In this document: in pieces, positions 1 through 12,596 of the stretch
How positions within the stretch are numbered: position 1 is the stretch's first letter
How the letters are laid out: every line of letters begins with the position of its first letter
Assembly (NCBI GenBank): GCA_013239625.1
Contig: MU053513.1
Coordinates: forward strand, 82,370-146,369
Length of the DNA stretch: 64,000 bases
Source: Lama guanicoe
Lineage: Eukaryota
Direction: 5' to 3'
Notes under the pieces: generated by a model
Databases searched by the model: none
Seen by the model: only the letters and a program-made list of their open reading frames with translations
What the model was told of the DNA's origin: nothing
Translations under genes and position numbers: made by a program

Positions 1-121
1 ATAAACAATGTATATGTATATATGTTGATATAATTTACAATAAATGTATATGTATATGTAACTAAATAGAGAAGAAAACTAAATGGTCATCTCAACAGAT
101 GCAGTATTTACTAAATTTGTC

Positions 122-756
122 ATTTTATTTTTTATTGGAGTATAGTCATTTACAATGTGTCAGTTTCTGGTGTACAGCATAAAGTTCCAGTCATGTATGT
201 GTGTATATATACACATATATATATAAACATACTCATTTTCATATTAGTTTTCACTAAAGGTTATTATAGGATATTAAGTATAGTTCCCTGTGCCACACAG
301 AAGAAATTTGTTTTTTTATCTATTTTTGTATATAGTAGTTAACATTGCAAACCTCAGACTCCCAAATTTATCCCTTCCCACCCCCTTTCCTCAGTAGATT
401 GTTTACTACATCTGCAGATCTGTTTGTTTTGTAAATGAGTTCATTAGGGTCCTCTTTTGTCTTTCTTTCTTTCTTTTTTTATTTTTAGATTCTACATATG
501 AGTGATATCATATGGTATTTTTCTTTCTCTTTCTGGCTTACTTCACTTTGAGTGATGATCTCCAGGTCGATCCATGTTGGTGCGAATGGCATTATTGTAT
601 TCTTCATGGCTGAGTAGTATTCCATTGTATAAATATACCACTACTTCTTTATCAAGTTATCAGTTGGTGGACATTTAGGCTGCCTCCATGTCTTGACTAT
701 GTAAATACTGCTGCTATGAACATTGGGGTGCATGCATCTTTTTGAATTAGAGTTCC
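122..756 (-). mobile_element. 5'-truncated L1 3' end (artiodactyl/camelid-type)
   Basis: T-rich tail at 123-134, then ttattggagtatagtcatttacaatg. ORF 641-949 ends in ...KTWRQPKCP, the L1 ORF2 C-terminus. Confidence 0.92.
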
Positions 757-2130
757 TTATAACCATAATAATGGCATCAAATTTCTTTAATTTGATTATT
801 TTAAAGTGACTACAAATACCTGGAGCAGTTATGTACTTAGTAGCAAAACTCTGAATCTTCCTTCTGAGTTTGGGTACAAGACAAGAGTGGTCAATTTCAC
901 CACATCTGTTCAAATTTGGAGAGAATGTCTTTGTCAATGAAATGAACAAAGGAAAGAAATGAAAAGTATGTGGTTAGAAAGAAAAAATAATTTTATTATT
1001 TATAGATTATATTATAATACAAATAGAAATTTCAACACTTCTATGGGTAAATTACTAGAATTATTAAGTGACTTTTGCAAGGTTGATAGGTAAAAGGTCA
1101 ATGTAGAAAAATCAGTTATATTACTAAACATTTACAAAACCAATTAGAAAATAAAATGCCATTGAAAATAGCATCCAATATATACTCAAAATAAATGTGT
1201 GTGTATATACAGCAACTCAGTATATGACAAAGATAGCTGTCTAGATGAGTGGGAAAAAGAAAAAGACTTTATAATTGGCACTGGAACAACAGGCTTTCTC
1301 ATAAAAAAAGAAAATGATCCTTAACATCCCTTCCACAGCAAAAATCAGTTCCAGGTGGGTTAAAAACCCAAATGTGAAAGAAAAATCAATTCAAAATATT
1401 ACATAAAGAAGTTAAGTACATCTTAAATGAGAAAAAAACAAAATCACTGAAAGAAATATTATATTTTTTAATTTATTAACATGAAAAACTTTTAACCTAA
1501 GAAAAGCTAGAGTGAAAACAAGGAAGCTAGAGGGTGAGAGAATATTATTGGTCTCACATGTAAATGCTTTAGCCCTAGCAACCAGAGTATAAAAGGAACG
1601 TCTACAAAATGAGACAGCCCGATAGATCAATGTTCCAAGGGCCTGTACAGGTAAATCACAGAAAGAAAAATCCTAATGGCCAATAAATTAAAATGAAAGG
1701 TCATTCATATTGTTATTAATCAAGGAAATATAAATGTAAACCACGAGTGTAATGATACATTGTTTAAGCCCATCAGATTAGCAAAAAGATGTCTAAGTGA
1801 CAATCGGGGAAACAAGAAATCTTGCTCACTACCATCAGAAGTGTAAATTTACATATTCAGTGAAAAGGAGTTTAACATTTTCTAGCTAAGTTGAAGGTAA
1901 ACTTACCTTATGGTGGAGCAATTCCTAGGTCAGAGAGTATCTGTATACATTTGTTCCAGAGTCTACATATAAGGTGTCTGACACGTAATTTCTGTAGTAG
2001 TCAATCTAACAAACTCAAGAAGGAATTTGTACTTTGTAGTAGAGTCACACAGTGGATTACTGGATTCCAGTAAACACGAGCTCTGTACAAAAGCATGGAT
2101 AAGTCTCACAAACATAATGTTTAACCAAAG

Positions 2131-2132
<2 letters not shown>

Positions 2133-2162
<30 letters not shown>
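2133..2162. repeat. (AC)15 microsatellite
   Basis: Directly visible. Confidence 0.97.
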
Positions 2163-2165
<3 letters not shown>

Positions 2166-4041
2166 ACATAAGTACAAAAACAAATGCTAACTCTGATATT
2201 TAGAGGTGTATATACAGGTGTTTAAATCAAAAGGAAAAGTAAGTAAATAATTATGGAAAAAGCCAAGGAAGTCACCTTTCAGGAAGTAGGATGGTTTTGT
2301 GATCACTGAGGGACACAGAAGCACACCTGGATGTGACCATCAATGTTCCTTTTCTTTTTGTAGATAATGGTTACATAATTATTTGCCTTATAATTACTTG
2401 TAAAATATATTGATGTACTCATTGTATATATATTATATTTCACAGTAATATAAAAATATATTTAGTATGATACCATTTGGGAATATATCTGCAGAGATAT
2501 TTACTATAAAGTAAATAATAATTGTTTATAAATGATGAAATAAAAATTTAAACTTATTCTTAGTCCTTTCTACTTATTCTAATTTTTGTTATTACCAAGT
2601 ATATTTACAAAACCAAAGTACTTTCTGAAAAATAAATGGTAATATGATTTTGGTATAAGATAATTTCTTATTTTCAGTGTATAGATTTTTATTGAGGGGA
2701 TAGGTCTCCTTTAGGCAAACGTGGAAAATATTTATATTTATACTGTAATTCTGTTTTTATTATATTTGTGAGATCCACAAAATATGTATGATAAGCTTAT
2801 AAGAGCTTGTTATTTAAGGTGAATTCCAGTTAAGTATCTGGGTCTTTTCACATATAATATTCTGAAGTTTTTTAACTTTTTTCTTTTGCTTTATAGGAGA
2901 GAAAAGTATGAAGTATTCCTTAGGGATGTTTCCAATTTCACAACAAAATTCACACCTGAAAAATAAAAGACTGCTTCATTACTAAGAAATAATCTGATAA
3001 AGGTGTGTTATAAAATTACTTTCCTTAGGAAGTATTATTCTCCAATATAATTTATTACATAATGATTATATATTAAATCTACAGGAGAAGAGACAAAAAT
3101 ATATATTTCCACATTATATTTGGGGCTAGATTTTTTTATTAAAATTACCCATTTTGAAATGAATTTTACTGAAAAAAATGCTAAACCTACCCTCTTTTTT
3201 TCAATCTAGAGAAAAATAAGTTGAAAAAAATGCTTTCTCTAACTCAGTTTATCTTCCTATCTCAAATTGTATAGATACCTGAACTCATTTAAAAGTGTTT
3301 TCGTGAAATAAGTTATAGATTTCATTAAAGCAGGAGTACATACATTAGCAACATGTTTATAAGATACAATGACTCTAAAACACACGTAATATAACAATTA
3401 TTTACCTACTTATTAATAAGTTCAGTTAAATGTTATATTGACAATATCAGAAGAGATAAGTTGGAAGTTTTGGGATCTGTGTCTCACCTCCAGAAGTCGA
3501 TGAAAATTCTCCTCTTCTGTCCGACTTAAACTCATGTCTCAACATGTCCCTAACTTGCTCCCTATTAAAAGCTCTATTTGTATATTTATTGAACTTTTCC
3601 AAGTTGCCATTCAAACACTCACACAGACACACAAAATTCATTAATCTAAACACTTTACAATATATTGTGAATTTGATTTGGCTCATCTGTGTTATGCAAT
3701 AGCTTGTCTAACTTTGCTATATTTTTAAAAGTTTCATTACTACAGATCTGTGTTAACACTAACTTTGACACCCTAAAGTACAAATTATAAATTCACACCT
3801 TCAAATATTAATGATGGCAAGATGTTTTTACAATCTTTACTCCAATATGAAAATTATATTTTATTATTTACGATCCTTTTTAATTTGGGATAGCAAACAT
3901 TTGTTTTGCATTTATTTTGAGTAGTAACCTGAGGCAGTGACAGTTATAAAAACTGGAAACATTTAAAAATAATTGTATACAGTAATTTTATAAAATATGA
4001 TTTGCAGAATGACTGCCATTCTCATGTAGATTCATCCTTCC

Positions 4042-4180
4042 TTTTGTTTTTAATTGTTTATTTCTTTTTTGGTGGGGGAGAGAATTAAGTTTATTTATTT
4101 TAATGGAGATACTGGGGATTGAACCCAGGACCTTGTGCATGCTAAGCATGTACTCTACCACTGAGCTATACCTTTCCCCC
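4042..4180 (-). mobile_element. tRNA-derived SINE (Vic-1-like, camelid)
   Basis: Reverse complement reads gggggaaaggtatagctcagtggtagag...ggttcaatccccag (Pol III A and B boxes) followed by an A-rich tail. Degenerate TSD tagattcatccttc (4027) / tagattcagtcttt (4181). Confidence 0.9.
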
Positions 4181-6334
4181 TAGATTCAGTCTTTCTTAAT
4201 TGGACCTTTTAGAGATCTCTCAAAATGAGTTTTTGCTTTTATGCTTTTTCTGTTGACGTTTTTTGAAAAAGTTAGATTGATCTGTGGTTGAGATGAATGT
4301 CCTTGTAAGTGACTTCTTTTCTCTGATGACTACTTAGTAGGGCTGTTAAACTGTTGATAAACTTCTAAAACTAATGCAAATTATTTTACTTTTTTAAATG
4401 GGAAAATAGTTTCCTGCTATAAAATCATAATCATAGCTATTTTGTTTTGATAGACATACTTGCAATACCCTGAATATACAGACTAAGAGACTCATGAAAA
4501 TTCTATGAAATGTTGCTTGACCAAATTCTTAAACCACTCGCTGTACTTTATTTCAAACTTACTTCTGTTACTAAATAAATGCATTTCAAAGATTATTGCA
4601 AGAGCTTTTTTATACTTTATTCAATTACCAGACATATATCCCAAATACTTCATAAACTCTTTTCACTGTAGCCAACCAGCCTGATTTCAGGAAAATTTGT
4701 GTTTCTTCAAGACTGAAGAATTTTAAGTAGACTCAAGAGATTAGTTGAAAACATTTTCCAAATTAGAAACAGGTGATGTCACTTCTTAATATCTTGCCCA
4801 TAAGTAATCAGTTTCCACTTACTTTTCAAGTACATACCGATCACATAATGATTATGCTTATTGAATATGGATTCTATTTTATAAAACCTACCAAAAGAAT
4901 AAGGATATTTTATTCTAGCTCATCAATAGGCTTGGCATTCAGGCCACGATTCCCCAGAATTACCTGTCTAACGTGATATTTTTTTTTTATCCAGCACACT
5001 GAGGCCCTTCAAAGTACACAATATCCAATAAGGAATATGAAACATCACTGCCAGACTTAGTCAATAATTACACAGAATTTTAATAATGATAAAGATGATT
5101 TCCATTCTGTGTCCACGTAAAACACTTGGAGGTTAACATGCTTTATAATGCTGAAATATTATATTCACACTTATTTCACTTGTTACAAATCATGCATTGC
5201 TTTATGAAAGAAAACCAACTCCTATTTGTGACACTTATTATTTTAGTTTGCCCAAAGGCAATTCAGATCTTTCATCTTTTTAAAGTATAGTGAGCCAAAT
5301 GGGGCTTACAAGGTTACAGAAATTTTTTAAAAGAGAATTAAAATATCTTGAAGACATTATTTTCGGATTTATAGCTGGGCCAAACAAATATGGCCAAAAG
5401 TAAAATGTTAATGTATATTAGTTATCTAACATCTAACAGAAATCTAGCATTCTGGTATCTTAGAAATTAAGCTGTTTCCATTTTACTACCCGTTTTAAAC
5501 AATTCTATCAAACGATTCAATATAATCAATAAATATGGCCAAGAAATAAAAGTTGTTTTTTTCAGACAACAAAAATAGAAGTTATGCTATGTGATTATTA
5601 GAATAATTAACATTGAGTTATAGAAAGATTATTCAATGGAGTATTATTTTATATAAATTACATCAAACAGTAGCTCCACATCTGGTCAAAAGCATATAGA
5701 AAGATGCTATTTATTATAACTCCCAATGGAATATACACATTTTACGTGATAATTTTTAATGTTTTATGAAAATGTGTTTACCTTTGCTCTTTTGAGCATT
5801 TCATACATTAGTTTATACATGGCACAATTTTTAGTTTTACATATGTATAACACTACCTTTTCAAAATTATTCATCTTCTTTTCCTTGTTGTTTTTTTGTC
5901 TGAAAGATTTTTTTTCTCTTCTCCAACCAAAGCGTGTATCTGCCCAGGGAGATAGTGATGATGGTGTGTGGTTGTAAAACAGGGATTATCATACAGAAAT
6001 CATCAAAGATCAATACCGAGGTAACATTCAGCTTCTGGCACATAAAAATGTGATTTTTGCTGTTAGAAAATAACCTTGAAAGTCAGATTATTCTATCAAG
6101 AGAGAAAGCTAAAATTCTTAAAAAAATATATGTAGACTTTCAGCATGTCATGGGCCAAACTGGAGTAATTACTGAAAAATACAGAAGATAATGCCTATGC
6201 CCGTTTACAAGTAAATCATTTCTATGGGAGCAGGAGGGTTCAATGTAGGGAGAGAAAGCAGAGGAGGCTAGAGAGGCAGAGAAGTCACCAGAACGTGTTT
6301 CTGTTTCTCCTTTTCAGGCTTTCACCTTGGCAGG

Positions 6335-6860
6335 GATTGTTAAATTATTAGAGAGCATTACCCAGGATCTTTTATCTGCTCCTCTCTGTGGGCCTCTGAG
6401 ACAGGATTCTACCGCAAATGGCATTTCTGAGGTTGCATCTCCAAGTCTACTTAGGAGGTTTCAGCGACAGGTCCCATGTGTTAGGGATAATATGGTAATA
6501 ATTAGTGGACTTGCTATTGGGCCTGCCCTGATAGGGCAAGATGATTTTTGAAACAGAGTACAGGGTTGGGTAGCAGAGTTGGAACAGAGAAAAGATAAGG
6601 AAGGGGGTTAAAGTTCAGAAATTGTGTTTTGCTCAAAAGAAGAAGAGCCAGCATAGAAAGATGGGCAGTGCCTCCTGGGACCTTCAGCCTATATCTAAAG
6701 TAAGCATCATTGGTCCCCTGGCCAGAGCTCAGCAGGATGTGGCCCAACCACGCAGATTAGGATAATGAGGTATTGCTTTGGAGTCTCCAAACTGACCTCT
6801 GCACAATAAAAGACCAGCCAAAGAGGAATGCCACCCAAAGTTATGATCCCTTCCAACAGC
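6335..6860 (+). mobile_element. Possible ancient LTR-like element, family not assigned
   Basis: More GC-rich than its flanks, with AATAAA near 6805 and a CA-ending terminus near 6858. No firm consensus match. Confidence 0.25.
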
Positions 6861-7014
6861 AGCCCATGTACAATGACTGATAAAGTTTGGATACAGAGGT
6901 TCCATTTCTGTTTCTTAATTCAGGATATTTCTGGAGTGGCAAGTATGTTGAATGCCTAAGTAAGAAATAAATGCTTTAGAAGATGGAAATGAAACCTAAC
7001 AAAGATTTTGACAC

Positions 7015-7112
7015 CTGAAACGACTCTGTGAATATACTAAAATTATTAGATTGTACACTGCATAAGGGTGAGTTTCATGGTATGTGACTTGCATTTCAAC
7101 TTTAAAAATAAA
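7015..7112 (+). mobile_element. Old L1M 3' terminal fragment
   Basis: ctctgtgaatatactaaaa...ttgtacact...gggtgagtttcatggtatgtga, a typical L1MB/MC terminus. Confidence 0.7.
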
Positions 7113-7443
7113 TGTTTAGGATGTCTGAAGAAGCTGAGATAAGCAAGGGTTGAACTGAGAACAGTGAGACTGGAAGGAGAGAGGAGTAAATGGGAAAGGG
7201 AGCTGGTTAAGGTAGCGAGCACTGCTGATCATAGCAGATAAGGCAAGAGAGTACTACTTCAAACTGATGCATCAAGAGAAAGCAAGAAAGCTTATTATTT
7301 GGAAACTCAGAAGGGATCAGAAGTTGAACTAGAACCAAAAATGGTTAAAAATAAGTGCTTCTGAGGAATAGGGCTGGGCAAGCACAGCAATGTCTATTCA
7401 TTGTAAGCCCATGTAATATTTGGTATTTTTAAGGGCTATGTCT

Positions 7444-7820
7444 TCTTATGAACTGAATTGTGTTTCTCCAAAATTCACATGTTGAAATCCTAACACTTCA
7501 GACTACATTTGGAGACAGGGCCTTTAAAGGGTAATTAAAGTTAAATAAGCTCCTAAGAGTGGAGCCCTAATCCGATATGACTTCTGTTCTTATAAGAAGA
7601 GAGACACTAGGGATGCATGCGCACAGAGAAAAGGTCACGTGAGGACACAGCAGGAAGGTGACCATCTGCGAGCCAAGGAGAGAGGCCCCAGAGCAACCAC
7701 ATCTGCTGGTACCTCAGTCTTGGACTCCCAGCTCCCAGGACTGTGAGAAAATACATTTCTGTTGTTTATGCCCCCCTTGTCTGTGGTATTTTGTTGTGGA
7801 CGCCCTAGGAGACTAATACA
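7444..7820 (+). mobile_element. MaLR LTR (MLT1B/C-like), solo
   Basis: ctgaattgtg...caaaattcacatgttgaaatcctaac start, tatgacttctgttcttataagaagag, gactgtgagaaaatacatttctgttgttt, and a gactaataca end. Confidence 0.9.
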
Positions 7821-8139
7821 TGCATGTTGCTTGGATAAAAATAAAACACTGTAAAATAAAGCACACAATAAAACCCACTGTTTCTCTTACCTGGAGACTG
7901 TATGAGCCCAGAAAGCTGCCCTGAATGCCAGGGTCTTTTACTTTCTGTATCAATATCGTGATTGACAGGGACCTTTATTATTAGCTTGTAAAGCAAGAAA
8001 AGCAGTAGTCCAGAAGGAATATAATATAAATAAGTTTAAGAACAATTAAATATATTTAGTTTCAATAATGGATAATAGCTTTTAAGAAATCAACAAAAGT
8101 AAGAAAACAGAAACCACACAGTTTAAATTGAAAGACCTG

Positions 8140-8370
8140 TAGAGGCAAGATACGGCATGACCGTCATTAGAGCCACACTGCCTGGGTCTGGATTCTGGTT
8201 CTGCAGTGTGTAATTGCGGTATCTTAGACAAAGTGACTTAACTAAGATGCAGTTTCTCTACTCATAAATGAAGGCTAACACTCAGTCTTAACAGGGATGT
8301 TGGAAGTGTTGAGTGGAACTACACATATACCCACTTTTTATGGAGGTGCCACATAGTCAGATCTAGATAG
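8140..8370 (+). mobile_element. MIR SINE
   Basis: agagccacactgcctgggtctggattctggttctgc...gtgacttaac...cagtttctctactcataaatg, the MIR core. Confidence 0.75.
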
Positions 8371-8400
8371 AAATTAACTTTAAAAAGTAATAAGTAAACT

Positions 8401-9478
8401 AATAAGGGGTTAGTACCCACACCTGTAAAGATCCCGTATGACTCGATAGCAAACTACCAATCAAATTAAAAAATGGGCAGAGGATCTGAATAGACATTTT
8501 TCCAAAGAAGACAAACAGATGGCCAACAGGCACATGAAAAGCTGGTATCACTAGTCACAAGAGAAATGCAAATCAAAACCACAATGAACTTATCACCTCA
8601 TACCTGTTACAATGGCTATTATCAAAAAGGATGAAAATAACAAGTGCTGGAGAAAAGGTAACCCTTGTTCAGTGTTTGTGGGAATGGAACCTGGTTCAGC
8701 CACCATGAAAAACAGTATGGAAGTTCCTCAGAAATGAAAAATAGAACTACCATATGATCCAGCAATTCCACTTCTGGGTATTTATCCAAAGAAAGTAAAA
8801 ACACTAACTCAAAAGTTATATGCGCCTCATGTTCATCACAGCACTGTACACTAGCCAAGACGTGGAAGGAACCTAAGTGTCCACTGATGAACAAGTGGAT
8901 TAAAAAATTATATACATATATGTATATATACATACATACATGTGTGTGTGCACGTGTGCGTGTCCACTTCACCCATAAGAAAATAAGGAAATCTTACCAT
9001 TTGTGACAACATGGATGGAACTTGAGGGCATTCTATTAAGTGAAATAAGTCAGAGAGAGACAACCATTTGATCTCACTTGTCAGTGGAATCTAAAAACAA
9101 AAACAAGCTCATAGAGACAGAGAACACATTGGTGATTGTTGGACACAGAGAAGAGAGGTGGGAGGTCAGAGGTGGGTGAAATGAGTGCAGGGGATCCAAA
9201 GATACAAACTTCCAGTTATAAAATAGTCATGAGAAAGTTATGTACAGCATGGTGACTATAGTTAGTAATATGGTATTGTACATACAAAAGTTACTAAGAG
9301 TAGATCTTAAAACTTCTCACAAGGAAAAAATGTGTAACTATGTATGGTGATGGATATTAACTGAATTTATTTTGATGATCATTTTATAGCTTACACCAAT
9401 ATAGAATCATTATTTTGTACACTTGAACTAATGTAATATTATATATCAACTATGTCTCAATGAAAATAGAAATTAAAG
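8401..9478 (+). mobile_element. L1 (L1MA9/10-like) ORF2 3' end plus 3'UTR
   Basis: aaaaaatgggcagaggatctgaatagacatttttccaaagaagac; catatgatccagcaattccacttctgggtatttatcc; 3'UTR ending tatgtctcaatgaaa. Internal TA/TG low-complexity run at ~8908-8960. Confidence 0.92.
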
Positions 9479-10204
9479 GAATAAACTTCGCCTTGAAACT
9501 ACTACAGATTTAGCATAATACAGATTTAAATTTTTCTCTGTGTCACTGTGATAGCAACTGTGGCCTGACATTAAAACAAAAGGCCTTAATTTCTTCTTTT
9601 TTTAAGAAATATATTTATGAACTAGTAATATTTGGGCCTGAAACTCTTAACCTCTGAAGTGATCTGTCAATGACCAACAATGCCTAACTACTTAGCATGT
9701 GGTTCCACCTTACAATGGAGAGGAATAATAATGAATCTCTTTACGTTCGTTTCATGGCTTTCTTTTCACAAGGCCCCACAGATATGTTTCTGAAACTCAG
9801 ACAAGGATTGTACATGAACTCTGTAGATTTTTATACAGATGCATGACACTGGACCTGGAGTTAGGGCTTGGCAAATAGAGCTCAATTACTACAAGTATAA
9901 AACAAGTATTCAGAAGATATGCCCTTTGGGATTAAATTGGATTAGATTCTAGTAGTAGGATTTTATTATTGTAAATCTTCTCTTTAAACAGTTAATAAAA
10001 CTAGTCAAGTACAGGAACTTACACCAGACCAACACCTGGGGGTCATTTTGTTTCCTTAATTATTTACCTCACATTTGTCATTGAAGCCAGTAATAATGGA
10101 TCATGGAACTATATTTACATTTCCCATGAAGTGCACAGGCCATCGAATGGAGAAACAAAGCATGAATATTCTTGTTTTGGTAGTTATTTTGGTAATTTTA
10201 AGAC

Positions 10205-11160
10205 GTTATTCACTTATCCCAAATATTTATTGAGCAATGACTTGGTTCCAGAGACTACAATATAAACATGCCAAATTTCCTTTCTTTTCAAGAATTCATA
10301 GAATTATGCAGGAGACAGATAAACCTATAATCACAATGCATTAGTCCATACTATTTTTAGAATGCATTTTGCTTAATTTAAATCTTAGCAGTCTACTTTG
10401 TTTTGAAGGCAATGGGGAGCATTTGAGGATGTTTACAAGGGTATAATTATAATTATGGAACATGGCCACCCAATGCCTACTAAATAGATTTAAAACTCCT
10501 TAGCATATTGTAATTGTCATTTATGATCTGTTCCCTCATCTCCCATTCACATTTCCCGAGCTGTGTATTCTTTCCCAAACAGGGCATTGCTTTTCTCGTT
10601 TTAATGTCTTAGTGTAAACTGTCCTGCTCTGCCTTTCTTCTCTTCTGCAAGAGTCAGTGAAGCCCAGCCCCTACTCAGTCATCCAGACTAAACTCATATG
10701 TCATCTCCTTAGAAAAGTCTCTCCTGATTCCATTGTTTCTGCCTGCTTTGCCAAGCTCAGTGAGTCACTCCCAATTCTGGTCCCACAGAACTTGGGACAT
10801 ATTACTATCAACACTCATAACATAATGCTGTAATTATTGAATCGCATGTCTAACTCAACAGACTGTGAGACAAAGACTCTTATTAATCTTTTTGTCATAA
10901 CACAGTATCAAGGACACAGGCACTAAAAATGTGTTTGAGTACTTGTGGTTGGAATGTGGAAGAGGTGAGGAATGACGGTGAAAAGATACACACCTTTTGC
11001 ATCATTGTTTATAGTATTAGGTTACAGTACCACGGCTTTGCATTGTGTTCCATAAGAAAAAGACAGCCATTGGGGCTTTTAAACAGATCTGTAATGTATC
11101 AGATTCCTGCGCTCCTTGTCACAGCAATGAGATGTGAAAGTGGGCTAGGGACATTTGTCA
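10205..11160. mobile_element. Cluster of decayed L2 fragments in both orientations
   Basis: aaatatttattgagc (L2 tail, minus, ~10220). Plus-strand L2 3' part at ~10470-10945 (gactgtgag...aaatgtgtttgag). gccattggggcttttaaacag (minus). Confidence 0.6.
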
Positions 11161-12019
11161 GATACTGATTGATGGAGTGGATGCTGTCAAATCAAGCTAG
11201 TTAGTCCAGAAATCCCCTCATTTGCCTCAAAAATGTGCACGATCTTTCAAATAGAATCTGCTTAGCCAAAAATGAAGCATATATGCACAGGAATGACTGG
11301 ACCAGTTTTTAATACATGAAACATTTAAATGTTTACCATGGTAAGCCTTTGAATGCCTCCCTCCACCCATAACTTCTCTGTTATCCTATTTTCTCCCCTG
11401 GGGCTTCCTTCCCACTGATAAGTGAACAACCACAATGTTAATAATAGGCTCAGCAAGGAATCTCCAAGATTCTATTCCAGAACCCCAGGCAGCAGTGTTT
11501 CTGAGTCATTGATGCCAATGACTCGTCGATGTTAAATATTTTAACTATCACTCCTGGTTATATAAGCAATTCTGACAACATGGCATTGTGTTGGGGGTAA
11601 CAGCTTTGTATATGTTAGGTTATTGTAATAACATAAGTAATGGCAACCAAACTGACAGATCAAGTGAGGTGGAGGAGTGGACTTGGAATTGTTTTGCAAT
11701 TCCAGGGAGAGAAAAAGGTGCTACGCGTCGAAACACCAAGACAAAACACTAGGTTCAGAATGAGGTAGAAGTTTAGTTAATAGAATAGGATATATTACGT
11801 CTTGCTAGATTAGCAACTTACTGTCTGAATCTTAAAATGTCAGAATAATGTTCCGTAAATAATCCTAAATTTAGAAGTGGGACTTCAATGTGAAATGGGT
11901 AAGACACTACACATGTGGAGTGAAGTATCAAACTGCTTTGGGAACAGTAAGATGAGAATATAAGAAGCCAAGTAAATTCTGAGAGCATTCTCATGAGAAA
12001 AAAATTTAATGTCCCCTTG

Positions 12020-12596
12020 TGTGGCTGAAAAACTGGCCTCTGTACCCTGATAGCTAAATTGAGACTCAGAGGCAGAGTTTTGGGAGAATTAGAAAAGAAC
12101 AACTTTATTGTTTCGCCAGGCAAAGGGGAGTCATAGCAGTCATAGTCTCTAATGCCTCAGAGATTGTGAATCCATCTTGAGGGTGGTGTTCTGAGGTTTT
12201 ACAGAAAAATGAGCCAAAACAGGAAGGTGACAACGATCAGGGCATTTTCCCGGGTTCTATATTCTTCTTAACCTTGGTGAATCCACCTGGCATCACGGAG
12301 AACCTCCAGAGGGTCTCCTCTTTCTTCTCAGGCCATCAGGTGGTGAGCGCCTTCCTGGGATACAGCTTCTTGATTAAAGGATAAGCTATTCTGGGTAAAG
12401 AGTGTGGGGGGAGTGGAGAGTGTAATGGAAAGGGTAGTGACTGTTTAGCACAAAAGCAGTTGAGCAAGGGAAGCAGAGATGGGGGTCTGTCAGAGAATAG
12501 AGAAAAACAAGCTGCAAGCATTTTAAGTCAGAACGAAGCAGTGAATAGCTTTAGTGTCCGGAAAGCCATTTTGTTAGTTAATTTTCTCCTCTTTCA
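12020..12596 (-). mobile_element. Solo ERV1 (class I, gammaretrovirus-like) LTR, 577 bp
   Basis: TG...CA termini (minus strand starts TGAAAG). Perfect 4-bp TSD CTTG at 12016-12019 and 12597-12600. AATAAA on the minus strand at 12104-12109. Confidence 0.88.

Larger units (their letters stand above)
60..2480 (+). mobile_element. Ancient, highly decayed L1 (L1M/L1ME-like) ORF2 and 3' region, interrupted by a younger L1 at 122-756
   Basis: atggtcatctcaacagatgcag (ORF2 ISIDAEKAFD region) before 122. gggtacaagacaagagtggtcaatttcaccacatctgttcaa (GTRQGCPLSPLLFN region) near 870-912. ORF2 and 3'UTR-like sequence continues to ~2480. Confidence 0.75.

Noticed and set aside
4100..4180. tRNA gene
   Set aside because: It has an A-rich tail, a TSD and a degenerate structure, so it is a SINE. 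The same applies to 60395-60486.
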